Shown here: positions 38,742 through 52,016 of the stretch, one piece after another
How the letters are laid out: each line of letters opens with the position of its first letter
Position numbering within the stretch: the first letter of the stretch is position 1
NCBI GenBank assembly: GCA_023213395.1
Contig: CM041465.1
Coordinates: forward strand, 202,561,741 to 202,625,740
DNA: 64,000 nt
Reading direction: 5' to 3'
Origin: Cycas panzhihuaensis
Taxonomy: Eukaryota; Plantae; Cycadophyta
Made by a program: the position numbers and the translations under genes
The notes under the pieces: model-generated
The model's database searches: none
Seen by the model: the letters and a program-made list of their open reading frames with translations, nothing else
Told to the model about the DNA's origin: nothing

Positions 38742-41230
38742 ATGGCAATAGCTAGGCCCGATTGAGTGAGTTGATCGTCCCTTAACCCTTCCATTTCGTC
38801 ATTTAATCTAATGGTTTTTTTACAATTTTAGTAGCTTATTTTAGCCTCTTAAGGGTAAATTAGGATCTTTTAAAGCTCGAATGAGGCCCAGGGAGGGGGA
38901 GGACTAGGGCATTAGGCAGCTTTGGTCCTAGTGGACCACGCCTTGGCCCACTTAGACAAAAAGTTTGAGTTTTTAGGGCACCCCTCCCCATTTTTAGGGG
39001 GGAAACAATGGCCTTATGGCAAAAATCACAGTGTCTTGGAGTTTACATTTGGACTGCTATGAAAATAGAATTTTCTCAGTGGGGCCCACATCATTATTTA
39101 CAATATTGCAGATTTTGACGCGGGGTAGAGGGTAAATAGTGGAAAAACAGATAAAGGAGACACAATAGATGATTTTGCTCAGCCTGATGGAGCATAAGGC
39201 ATCCAAGGGGCATCATGACATATAGCATGGTGATACAGAGGGTGTTCTTACTAATTTTTGGGTTGTTTGTAGGCTATTATCATAGTTGATAACCGCAAAA
39301 ACATTGGGATGGCTATGCTCAACTTCATAGAGATGATGATGAGGTATAACAAGGTGACCTTGAGACTCTGTGGGCTCCTGAAGGTTATCATGACATCCCA
39401 ATACACATCTGACCAGTGTCTCCTAGTCAATCTAGTCTCCCATTAGGATCAATAGAGACATGTCTTCCATCTTTTCTAGGTGGGGGATATCGCTATCATG
39501 TCAGGAGACATTAGGAGGATATTAAGTATATCGGTGGGAGGAACACGGATATCAATGGGCATATTACCTAGCACAGATGTTGCCCACATAAAGGAAGCTA
39601 CCTACTCTACAGGACATAACATGTGGAATCCATGAGGTGTATCAGTCTAGGATATGGTACTTTCTAGAGTTCCTCAGATGACGAAATTGATCACACTAGT
39701 GATTCTGTTCTGGATCTCTCAGAAATAGAATTACAGGGATATACCAGAGGGATGGATGGCCATAGTTTGGTGATGCGAGATAGGTGAGAGACTCGATTGG
39801 GCTGCCTTAATAGCAACTAACCTGGTTACGTAGCTGGATCAGATTCAAGTGGCAAGGAGAGGAGGATTCTCTTATTGCACTCTATTACAGTGCTAGTTCT
39901 TCAACCACTTTAGAGCGGTGGCACCATTAGGAGGACCACATCCCATCTCAATGCAGGCACCTATGCTCCACATGTGGTAGACCAAGTTCAAGGGGATAGA
40001 GGACTAGGCTTACATGCAGAGGTCGGTAGAGGCAACATCACTAGATCTACTTACTCTGGTAGACTACATGGTGGATCCATATTGAGGGATCCGTTGGGAG
40101 AGTGACGACGCAGTAGGAGAGCTGGGGGATGAGCCCGATGAGAGTAGAGACGATGGAACAGACTTATCAAGAGCTACAAGAGACGAGGCTGGCCCATTAA
40201 CACCTGCGAGAAGAGGTAGGCCACTACTCGCACCGGCAGGCAGAGGGAGAGCTACAGGTAGAGCTCCAATAGTAGTAGTGGTTATGGTGGCAGCAGTAGA
40301 GGCAACAATAGTCATGGCAGAGAGAGGAGTCCAATAGCTGTAGCAGAGAGAGGAGGGATTAGAGGCAAGAGGTGCCCCGGTAGCCCACGTAGTGGGCGAG
40401 ATAGTACCCAAGGTAGAGGAGGTAGAGATAGCAGTAGGGGAATCTACTGTAGAGGAGATGATTATAAGGGCAGAGGAGCTAGCTATCCCAGGAGGTGAGA
40501 CACTACCTTGACTCGACGTCTTTTCAATCATTAGCTGCTTAGATGGTTTATTTATTTTTATTTTAGTATTTTTATGTGTATGTATATTAGACTGATGTAT
40601 GGTATACATGGTTTGGCAAGAGTAGCAGAGATGACGAGGCTACTAGAGCTAATAGTCTGTGAGTTGTTTCCTCAGGTCTACGCAGAGGGACAACCTCTTA
40701 TCCTAATTGGTGAAGAGCCTCAATCGATGGGGCTACATACAATAGCATTTGCACCACTAATCAGAGCTAGGGACATATGGGCAGTGGAGTCCCTAGGGCA
40801 CCAGGCGAGGACATGACAGTTGTAGGGCACTCTAGATGGACTACGAGTGGAGAGGGATCAATTAGTAGTAGAGAGAGACACCTTACAAGGATAGGTCCAG
40901 GCACTGGAGGCCTAGGGAGGGGGAGTAGTAGACATAGATGCAAAGAGTAGGATCCAAATCGTTGTGCTAGAGGAGAGGCTTTGAGAAGTAGAGGGAGAGA
41001 GGGATCATATCCAGGTGAGATACAATCAGCTAGTAGAGCAAATCATCACTAGGTAATCACGAAGCAGATCTTATACCCACACTATGATAGCAACCCAAAA
41101 GAGGCCTTAAGACAAGGAGAGTGAAGCGAGGAGTTCATAGTAACACTGCAAGAGCTTGGGAGGCATGTGGTCTCCTAGCGAGGGATCTTGCAGGCGAGGA
41201 GATGATACCCCCTAAGGGCAGGGTGTCGAG
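38742..41230 (+). pseudogene. Antisense spliced plant-mobile-domain (PF10536, MAIN/MAIL-like) gene with coiled-coil tail, element A
   Basis: Predicted exons 38742-38765, 39273-40494 and 40620-~41230. PMD motifs LVSH*DQ*RHVFHL..VGDIAI..DIRRIL, QC*FFNHF, DYMVDPY. Frame is maintained across predicted junctions. Stops are mostly TGG/CAG/CGA deamination products. Confidence 0.82.
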
Positions 41231-42060
41231 AAGGATTTTGTACATTATTAATTTTGTGCAAGAAAGCATTGGAGCTCCAGGGAGTCTCACCATATGTAGA
41301 CACATGATTATACTCCTCTCTGCAAGGATTCCAGCTTCCTGCAGTATGATGCCTAGATAATTATGTATTATATGATCTGTTGTATGATATGATTTATATA
41401 TATATAGACGAGGGCTAATTGGTATCCCATTTGACCCATGATGATGATGTTATGATAGCTTTATGATGTTGTTGCTTTGTTGTATTATTTATATATTTAT
41501 GTAATGCATAGAGAGATAAGTGTATGCATGTGGATATGGGTGCATGGGTGCACGAGGGATTATGCATTATGATGGATTTAATTGATTGATATGTATGATA
41601 TTTTATTATCAGACCACATGTAGATGACACTCGTATTTCCTTTCATGCAAACCCACACTCATAGTGAGCACACACGACCACCATGTGCATGGATGATGGA
41701 TACGTATGAGGCTAGGAGGGGGGAGCTATGCATGTCCACTGAGGGAGCATAATAGATATGTAAAGGAAATAATGATAAAGGGGAGTATGGATACTCAAGC
41801 AAAAAGGCCCTAGTTGAGAAGTGATTCCAAGCTCAAAAGCAAAGGAAGTTTGCATACCCAATTAGGAAAGGAGAGGTTTCCCTCAGGAGGGAAAAAAAAA
41901 AAATGTAATGCATGCAATAAAATGAGAAAGATAAAAGGCCACTTTAAACTGCCATTTCACCTGTGGCTAGGAGAAATAGTGAAGCACTTAGAGTGGTAGT
42001 TTAGGCTCATTTCAGAGCAAGAGAGAAGGGTGTGCCTAGTCTACTTGGAAGTAGGGAAAG

Positions 42061-45000
42061 TCACACATAGAATTTCTTTAAGACTTTACCATTAACAACT
42101 TTCTCAAATTCGAGACCTTCTAGAGTCACTATCTTATAGGCCCCATTATCGATGCTCTTGAGATTGACGAAAGGACCAACCCATTTAGGCCCAAATTTAG
42201 ATAAGTGATTATGGAGATATTCTAACTTAAGGACATGGTCTCTAGGATGCAAAGGGCAAGGACAAAGATGCTTATCATACATTCTTCATGCCTAGGATTT
42301 GGAGGCGAGATTCACTTGATATGCGATCAAGCGTATCTCGTCTAAGGCTTTGAGGTCGATGGGGCAGGCCTTATGACAAGATTCCTCATCAACAAGACCT
42401 CGAAGTGAAAGACATAAGGAGGGGATCTCAACTTCTAAAGGGAGGATTGCCTCAGTTCCATACATAAGGGAGAATGGGGTCATCCGTGTAGTAATACGAA
42501 TGGAATTACACGATATCGATAGATTGGATGGAAGTTGAAGGTGCCAATCCCTTTGGGATTGGGCAACGATTTTCTTTAGGATACTGATAAGAGTTTTGTT
42601 AAAAGACTTGATTTGGCCATTGGCCTGAGGGTATTAAAGAGAAGAAGTTTTGTAGGATATCCTAAACTTCCCATAAAGCTCATCCATCTCCTTAATGCAA
42701 AAGGGAGTATCATTATCTGTGATTAGAATATCAAGGACCCCAAATCGATAGATAATATGCTAGTAAATGAAGGTAGCTATAATCTTGCCAGTAATAGAAG
42801 ACAAGGGGACTACTTCTACCTATTTAGTAAACTATTCCATCACAATCAAGATGAACTTGTGTTGTGATGAGGAAGGAGAGGTTATGGCTCTAATGAGGTC
42901 TATTCCCAATTGGGAAAATGGCCATGGAGAGATGATCAGATGTAAGGCCTCAGAAGATGAATGGATGATGTTGGCATGTTCTTAACACCTATGACATCGT
43001 AAGGCATAGGCATGGGCATCCTTGAAGAGAGAAAACCAATATAACCCATGCAGAGGATTCTTTGGGCCATGGATTTGCCCCCAAAGTGGCCCTCGCAAAT
43101 GCCATTATGGCATTCACGAAGTATCTAGTTCATCTTATTAGGGTTGACACAACAAAGGAGGATCCCGTCGAAGGATCTCTTATACAACACCTCTTCTATA
43201 AGGAAGTACTACCTAGTAGTGGCCCTAATATGTGACCTCATCTTGTCACTAGCATCAGTACAATAATGTTATTCAGTAAGGTATTGTATAATATCCCTAT
43301 ACCATTTGCTATTAGCTGATGGATGGGAGGACGATTCTTAGATAGAAAAGATAGGCTCGTCTAGCAAGGATTCGTCAACAGAAATGTTGGAAGAGTTAGG
43401 AATTAGGGTGTTAGCTAGTTGCTTAATGACTACCATTCCCTTCTTCGATTTCCTATTGACAATTTGAAGATCGTATTCTTGAAGGAGAATGACCCATTTT
43501 CTAGTCCTACTAGTCAAGTCAGATCGGGTTAGGAGGTATCTCAAGGGATCAGATTAGATGATCACTTGAGTGGTGTTGTCGAGCAAGTAATGCCTAAATT
43601 TCTTGGTTGCATGAACTAAGGCAAGGTATTCCTTCTTGGCAGGGAAATAATTAAGTTTTATAGTAATTAAGGTGCAATTGATGAAATAAATGGCTATCTC
43701 GGTTCCTGAATCATCCTCCTGGGCAAGCATAGCTGCTAAGGATTAATCGGTAGCCAAGGTGTAGAGGATAAAGGGTCGATCAAAGAGAGGGGCTACCAAA
43801 ATAAGAGCAGAAGCTAGGGCTCTTTTAAGATCTTGGAAAGCTTCTTGGGCTTTTGGAGACCAAATGAATGGGGTCCCCTTCTTCAATAAATTAATGAGTG
43901 ATTTATCGTTTATGGCAAAGTTTAGCAAGAAACACTTAAGAAAACCCAAGCAACTCAAGAACAACTTGATTTGCCATTGAGTCTTGGGTGGAGGCAGATT
44001 AATAATGGCCTTGACTTTATCATGGTCTTCGGTGGAGGCATATCAATGATGGAAAATACGCATTTAAGAGGATTCAGGCTAACATGATATTTGCGACATC
44101 TAATAAAGATGACATGTAAATCTTTGATATAATGGGCCTTTTTGTAGGAAAGACCTATCATGTCATCCATGAAGACCTCAAGGTTTTTGTTCATAAGGTC
44201 ATAGAAGATGAACTGCATTGCCCTTTGGTAAGTGGCACCCGTATTTTTGAGTCCAAAGGGCATCACTTTGTAAGTAAAGGTACCCCAAGGAGTGGTGAAG
44301 GCCATTTTGTGATGGTTTTCATGAGAAATCTAGATTTAGTTATAACCAGAGAAGCCATCCATCAAGGACATGACTTCAAATATAGTAGTTCGATCAATGA
44401 TTTGATCAATAAAATGTAAGAGGAATTTGTCTTTGGGACATGTACTATTGATATTATAGAAATTAATGCATATTCGAATTGTCTGATTCTTCTTAGCAAC
44501 GAGAACGATATTTGAGACCCACTTAGGGTAATCAATGAAAGTGATCAACCCTACGTCCAAGAGTTTTTCAACTTCCATCTTCATGGTAGTGGATAGTTTA
44601 AGATAGAGGGGGCATTGCTTTTGTTACATGGGGTGAGTGCCTGAGATAGTAGTAAGGTTGTGGGTGACAATAGAGGGATCTATTCCCTTTGTATCAGTGT
44701 AATCCCACGTAAAAATATCATAGAACTCTTGAAAAAGAAGGGTGTATTCCTTCATCTCTTCAGTAGAATATTCTGCTCCCACCTTGATGACCTTGCCACG
44801 GGCAAGGATGATGTCCTAGGTCGCCCCCATGCACATGGCATTCCCTTCCTCGAAATGAAAGGGGACTTGATCAATAGGAAGGGGTGAATAAGAACTAGGT
44901 TGACTTGGGTTAGCTAAGGGTGACCCAAGGGCTAGAATCTTCTAGTAACCAAGTTTATAGTGACCAGGAGGGAGGTTGGGCATGGAGCCCTCTAGATGTT

Positions 45001-48000
45001 CTAATAATGCCTCATCATTCTTGAAGCAGTCTTCCCCATGGACAATTATGCTTGGAGAAGATGAAGAGCAAGGAATAAAGGGAGTGGTGGGACCGTAATG
45101 ATCAACCCACCACTCAATATAGTTTAGGGACTCTTTAGAAGAGTCAGAGGGTAACCTCCTGTGATATGTGATAGGGGGTTGCCTAACCTCATCACTCGAG
45201 GAGGGTGATAAGATAGAAGATGACGTAGAATAGGGAGATACACAAGAAGCGAGAATGGCCATGTGTGGCTCGAAAAGAGGACTATGCTCCTCTATGGAAG
45301 GGGCTTCAGGTCGGGACCTGAAATGAAGTAAGTGATCCCTACTCGTGTTTATGAGGAAGATAGGATCAGGGAGGCCCTCATCCTTACTGTCAGAATCATG
45401 GTCGCTCAAAATAGTGAGGTACCCATAGCTCTCTACACCAATAGGGACAAAACAGATAAGGTTGGAGAAGAAGGCGAAGGAACTTCTTCTAGACAAGATG
45501 TGCTAAGAATGTCGATATTACAAGTGGAAGTATAGGTGGATGGGCCTTTATTGCCCTTCATTGGATCACGAACCACTTGACAGGATTGGTGTGATTATTT
45601 AGTAGGAAGAGGCTCCCAAGAAACAACCTTCATCCATCCTTCGTAGACAAATTTGAGTTGTCCCCAATGAGAGAACACACGGCTCCCATCTGGTCTAGCC
45701 ATGGACATCCTAATAAAAGATTGTAGTCCACATCTACATCAAGGACCATAATGCTAGTGAGGACAGTTTTGTCCTTAAGGGTAAGAGGGATAAAAACAGA
45801 ACCTAAAGGTGTTTTCTCGCTACCATCAGAGCCTTGACAATGCCAAGGAACTGGCCCAAAAGCCACTATGCCTAACTCTTGCATAATGTGTAAAGGCATA
45901 GTATTGATGGAAGAATCATTGTCTACAATAGTCATACGAAGAGTACACTTAGGAGTGTTTATAGATATAGTGAAAGGGTAGTGCCATTGGTATTCCCTTT
46001 CATTGGTTGGGGGGAGATCTTTAAGGTCAAAAGAGATAATTGATTCTTGATTATGGGCAACACCCAAAGCGTGGACGGAAGCATCCACTGGCCCTAGAGT
46101 CTCAAAGAGGAGAGCACACTGCTTTGGACAACTCCTTAAGACATCCATCAAGTACATCCCAATAGCGACGATATAAAGGTCGTCTATGATAGATAAGGGT
46201 TTCCCTTTCCCGGTGGGTTGGGAAAGCACCCTTTGAAAATTGGAATGACTGGGGTGAACCAGGATGGTCTTAGGGAGTGACAAAATCTCTAAAGGAAGAT
46301 CAAGTTGGGAGGAAGAAGAGGCACTTATAGCCTCTTTGGCCACTTGGGACTAAGTTGAAGCATATAGGGGCATGGTCTTAAGCATACGAATAACTCTCTT
46401 TCCCTTATTTTGGGATCGAGAGGGAGAAGGGGTTTAATCACAGGAACCAAAAGAGGAGGAGGAGCTTCTTGCCCCCTTCCTCTTAGCTTGCATAGATCTT
46501 CCCCTATTCAGATTCCCTCTTTGGTGGGTGTGTTGATCTTATTCCCTATATTTAGGAAAGGGATGTCTATGAATGGGTTGGTCTAGATTGGGCCTAGATG
46601 CCTATTTGGGAGAAGAGTCATGATGCTGAGCAGATTTAAATGCTATGCTCTACATTGTGAATCATCATGAAAGCATTCACCATGAATGGAGAATCACTTC
46701 TTCTCTAAGGAAGGGTTCTCCTTCCTTGTTTGAGAAGTATGGGTATTTCCATTATTGGGAGGTGTTGCTTGAGAATCTTAGTGAATAGGTTTATGAGAGT
46801 TTGGTAATGGGGAAGGAGCTTGGAGTTTAAGCTCCTTCATTGTATATTCAAAGGAACGTATGACATAGGCCAAGGGATATAAAGTGCTTTCTGTCGAATG
46901 GGTTGAAGACTTTGGGGGTTATTGTGGTTTGGTGTCATGAGATGGAGGGGGTACCTTACATCATTATAATGGTTTAAGAGGTTTCTTAAGACCTACTTAG
47001 ATCTTAATAGCCACGAGAGCCAAACACTTGGCTATAGCAGAGTTACATGTTGTTGCCTCTATTTTGAGGACCTCAACATGTACCTCAAGATGAAGAGCAT
47101 TTATGAAAAGATCTTTTTTTAGCTCCTCATGCAACGTGGCCTTCGTGGAGTGAAGGAGATAATGAAAACGCCTAACAAAGTCACGATTCATCTCCTTATG
47201 ACCTTGTTTAAGGGATAATAAGGCCTTCATTCAACTCTCGAAAGGGCAAGCAATATCAAAATAGTTGACAAACTTGTCTATGAGTTTTTAGAATGAGCAA
47301 GGAGACGATATAACCAATTGAGGGCATCACCTTGTGAGGAATGCAGAAAGAGCTTCATCAGGATATGATCATAGGCTCAATAATCGATACATACCATGGA
47401 AAAACTCTTGACATATTCTATTGGGTCTTGAAAAGAGGTCCTATCAAACTTGGGCAGCTCAGGAAGATGAGGTGGTAAGTTAGTCTTTAATGCCTCAATG
47501 GAAAAAGGGGTTGACCTATAGTCGACAAAGGGATGGGCCCTTAGTTGAACCGTTGGGTCAATAAAAGATGAAGAAGGAGGTGGGCATGGATGCCCAAACC
47601 CTTCTTTGGAGGTTTGATCGAAAGGGAGATACGAACTCGCTCCTGCTTGGTGGGAAGGGACTAATACTGGATGTGAAGGAACTGGAAGAGAGGTGGATGG
47701 GTAGGAAGGACCTATTCCTCCTTAGAGGTATGCCCCTTGTTGAAAGGGGACTTGGGAGAAGGAGCCTTGAGGAGGGACTTGTTCTCCTTGAGAAGGTACT
47801 GCATATGAAGAAATGCAAGAAGAGGAAATAGATGGGAGTGGGATTGGATTCTACCCATATGGACCACTTGTAGGTGGTACGATACCATATGGGTGGAGGG
47901 GGTCCACCCAATAGACAGGAAGAGGATTCCCCTTTCTATGCCCCCATGGTTGGGAGGTGTATCCCAAGGGCACATAAAGAGATGAGTCCTTAGGTTGAGT

Positions 48001-48379
48001 TTGGGAATGCGTGGGGATTTGCCCCATGTGACTAGAGGAAAGAGGACATGTAGGTCCCCTAGGTTGAAAGGAAGGTAGATGGATCAAGGTTGGTTGAGGT
48101 GTGGTTACCTGGCTTAGAGGAGGTATACTCAATCCAATTTGGGAAGTGGGCATACCTCGGATGGCCCCTAAAGAATGACAGCCACAAGAAGAGGAAGAAG
48201 CAACGAGGGATGGCCCTGTTATGGATAGTAAGGCTAAGTGAGAAGAGTAGGGAGTGTAGACGAGGAAGAGGAGGGTGCCATGCTTCACAAGATGCTCTCC
48301 AACGACTTTAGAGGTGGTTGGAGACTAGCATGTTGGAAGTATTTATGTAGTGCTTCCACCACATCTGTGGGAGGGGTTC
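42061..48379 (-). pseudogene. Element A gag(part)-PR-RT-RH-INT, degenerate; 5' part of gag region continues at 62531-~62900
   Basis: PR IVDNDSSIN..YNLLLGCPW; RT YPKWVSNIV..MDGFSGYN, MPFGLKNTGATYQR, VFMDD; RH LYTLATD..KWVILLQEYD; INT ECHNGICEGHF, TPFSLMYGTEAILP, KFGPKWVGPF. Confidence 0.93.
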
Positions 48380-51300
48380 TGGACGCGCGGCTACGGGATA
48401 GCTACCTAACTAAATAGGAATGGTAAGAGCGGTTGATAATATAATCGAGAAATGGACCTATAAGTAGTGCAAGTACCACGCATGGTGCCCTGTGCACCAG
48501 AGTCGAGTTCGAGACCTGCAAATAGAATATAGCTACCAGAGGGTGATCCCCTGACTTTGAACAAAAGGTGAGGAGGTGTAGGGTTAGCCTGGGTTAACCT
48601 AAGGGAAGGATCCTCCTACCCTTAGATGGCCAGAAGTGGAAGGAGAGAGACCTTCGAGGGTTTCCCTAGAGTGATGGGAAATAAGGAAGGATAGGCAAGC
48701 AAGTGGCCTATGGACAGGGTCACCTTAGTTATTCGGCTAAGTGGGGAGCTAAGGGAATGTAAGAGAGATAACCCAAGGAGGTGGGTCAAGGTATGTGCGG
48801 GCAAACTAACCAAATAGACAACAAAGAGGGAGGGAAGTTTGCATGGTAAAAAAGGGGGAAAAGGTGAGAGGGAAGGTTTCCTAAGACCTTTTCCTACGGT
48901 AAAAGAAGATGCAAGCAATAAAGTAAATAAAGTATGAACTGAAGCAAGGTTGATTTCCTTTCTATTTCCAATAAGTTAATTACTACTATGTAAAGGAAAT
49001 TCAAAAGGAAAGAGTGACAAAGAGGAGCGAGAGCGTGTACCTGGGACGAAAGCATGTCGTAATGGTGGTGCTCCCAGGAGGCACTCAAAACTACTCCACA
49101 AGACGTGGTGGTCGTGAAGAGTCGCGACAGATCGGAACGAGGGGCTCCCTTACCTTCCTTGGGAAAACACTAAAGTACCAAACAAAGGAAAGAAAGGGAC
49201 CAAATACTAGCAATAAATGAAGTATGAAAGTACAATACAAATGGAAGTGCTTACTGGCAAAGGAAGAAAGGGAGAAAGGTCCTTTGTGCTTTCTGAGTAC
49301 CTGCAAGTAAATGACAACCTCCCCCCCTTTCTAGAGAAAGGGTGCTAACATACAATGGAAAGATCCTAACAATACATGTCTATGCAAAACAAATACAAAC
49401 TTAAACACGTATATGTTAGTATTAACACAATGATGATGATATGTGAAGGAGGACAACCAAAGTAAATGGAAAGTAACCAGTAAGCCTCGTAGTGGCCCAC
49501 CTCCCACAAAGAACAACCCCAACCTCCCCCAAAAGCCACGAGGCAGTGAGGGTAAGGTTAAGAAGGATGGCTGGAAATAGTAGCAAGAGAGTTACAAGGA
49601 GCCAAAGAGGACCTACGGCAAGCCAGGGTGCTATGAAGAGCAAACCGGGCTGCTGGGAAAGGAGTTGGGCAAAGGACAAGCAGTTAGGACTTACATGAGT
49701 TGCCCGAACCGAAGCACAAGCCCTCAAACTAGCGTTGTAACATGTGACAGCACTGATTTCAACGGCTAAGGAAGGCCCAACAAACCCTTGTTTGAGTTCC
49801 AAGGACAACATGGGGTAAGAGGGAAGGTTTGGGGGGCTAAGAGCCACTTGGGGAGTGTGGAAGGTGGTATGGAATCCACTCAGCTCTCTCCCAAACCCTA
49901 CACAACCCCTCTTTGCCACTGTCTTGAGCAACAAACGTAGGCAAGGAGGCACTAATAACAGGAGTAAAACAACCCAATACAAAGAGAGAAATAACCTCCA
50001 AAAACCCAATCAAGAGGACAAGCAAAGTAGGGCATCAATTGAATAAGAAAATAGCTCAAATCAATGAATAGCTGAGAAGAGAAGGGAAGGCTCTTGCCTT
50101 AGTCAAGGGCTGCTAAGGAGAGGCTGAGAAATCAGCCCAAAAACTATGGTGTAGCAGGTTTGGAACCCTGCTAATGGAGTTAGAGGAAGAACACCTGTAC
50201 TTAGAATGCTTGATGGCTGCCTGGGCAAGAATCCATTGAGATCTCTCCAAAGGGGCCCTCTCCAAGGCATGTGAAGGGCTGGGAAGATGTCCTAGCCATA
50301 CCAAAGAAGAGCTAGATGCTGGAGGAGAGGTGTAGGTCCTGTAGCAGCAGTTGAGCAGCAGAGAATAGCAGAGCATAGGGTGGTTTCCTTGGAGAGCAAT
50401 CCAAAATATGAACCCAAGATCTAAAAAATGAGTTAATGATGACTTAAATACCCAGCCCAAACCCTAAAGCAAGCGATTAGGGCGTAGCTAGAGGTGAGTT
50501 AAGTTGTGAGACACGTGGCAGTTTCGCGATAAATACGAAAATGCCATGGAAAATTTTTAAAAAGTAAATTAGAACAGTCATCCCGTCAGAAAACTGTGGT
50601 ACCATGAAATTTAAGCAGATTACAAAATTTGAGGCGGTATTCACCCGGAGGCAAAAACTGGCCCGGACAGCCAGCCTGGGCTATGGGCAGATGACAAAAA
50701 CGGCCAATAGAGGGCTGAGACACCTACCCAAGGGCAAATAAGCCAACAAATGAGTCCAAAAGAGCAAAAATAGGATTCAAACGATGTGGTAAGTCAACCA
50801 GACAATGATGGGTCATCACACGGGCAGAGGTGGCACATGCCAAGTGGATCTTGGAGAGGGGGGTAAAATGCGAGAAGTGGAACAGCCACCACAGTGCCAC
50901 ACTTGCTGGGAGTGTGCCCTTGCTATAGTCGTCATAGGCTAAATAAGTGTAGACGAAGACAAAATCATCTACAAGGTCACAATATGTAAACATATAAGCA
51001 AACACTCATCAAAAGAAAGTGATGATAAGGTGAGAAACATACCTATACTTACCTGAGTTAGTAATTCTGTATCCATTCCAAAAGCTGTGAAACACCGCCT
51101 CGGCAAGAGACCTCGCTCGAAAGCCTGGTGTGATGGCAAATGTTGGCAATATAACTGTCAGTAGCACATGCATATATAGATATATCAATCAAGACCATAA
51201 TAGTAGGTAAAGGTGCCGATGAGTGTCATGGTGGAATGCATAGATACAAAAGCGGCGGTGGAGACAACATAAGGGCTACCTATGAGCCACCTAGAAACTG

Positions 51301-51500
51301 ACTAGAAGAAAAAAGGGCGAGGGGGTTGCCCCCACCACAAAAGATGTAGAAGGACGTGCATAATCAAGTAGAAGAATAAGTATAATGGGTAGTCGCCATA
51401 GTTTAACCTCATTAGCGGCTAGGTTTCAGAGGTGTGAATGGGTCGTAAGGTGAGGTACGTGACAACCTAGGGCTTGGGTGATAGGGTGGCCAGACAAGCT

Positions 51501-52016
51501 TCAGGGACAGTCAGCAAGGAGAGGAAGGCAATGCTCAAGGATGGGGTGAACGAGATTATCTGCCTTAGTATTGAGGGCCCAAGGGATATACTGGATGTCG
51601 ACGGAAGAGAAGCGGGCCAGGAGAGATCTAGCGGCAAAAGCAAGAGTCCTCAAGTGAGGGCATCGCACCTGGTAAACCTGGGTGAGATGAGACACTACAA
51701 CTTGAGAGTCGCAAAGCAAAACGATGGATCTGTGATGGAAACAGAGAGCATTAGTAAGAGATTTAATAACAACTATATATTCAGCTTCGTTGTTAGTACC
51801 CTCTGGGAGGAAGATCCCAGAGCGCAGGAGATCATGTCCAGAAGGGTTATAGAGAATCCATATAGCGACAAAAGGTCTAGGGTTACCGCAGCTTCCGCCG
51901 TTGGTAAACATGTAGATGGATATGGGTGACACAAAGTCCTGGTAGTCAATAAATAATGAAAGTGATACTCGAAAGGCAAGCAAAAAGTGGCTGCGAAGGG
52001 TAGGAGGACCTAGCAA
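51501..52016 (-). pseudogene. Archaeal-type RNase H (aRH) ORF of element B, reading frame still open
   Basis: MFTNGGSCGNP (first catalytic D to N), TNNEAEY, CDSQVVV, YIPWALNTKADNL. Confidence 0.88.

Noticed and set aside
40064-40609. 181-aa Ser/Thr-rich minus-strand ORF
   Set aside because: Shadow frame of the plus-strand PMD linker region and intron.
49300-49330. Internal PPT-like run (minus AAAGGGGGGGAGG-TTGTCA) inside LTR B suggesting a hidden nested LTR
   Set aside because: No matching second boundary or TSD. Present in both LTRs and equally explained as intron or leader sequence before TTGCAG|GTAC.
49422-50009. 195-aa and 174-aa ORFs repeated at 49422-50009 and 60927-61451
   Set aside because: They recur only because they lie in the two LTR copies. 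They have different stops and low-complexity Leu-rich composition.
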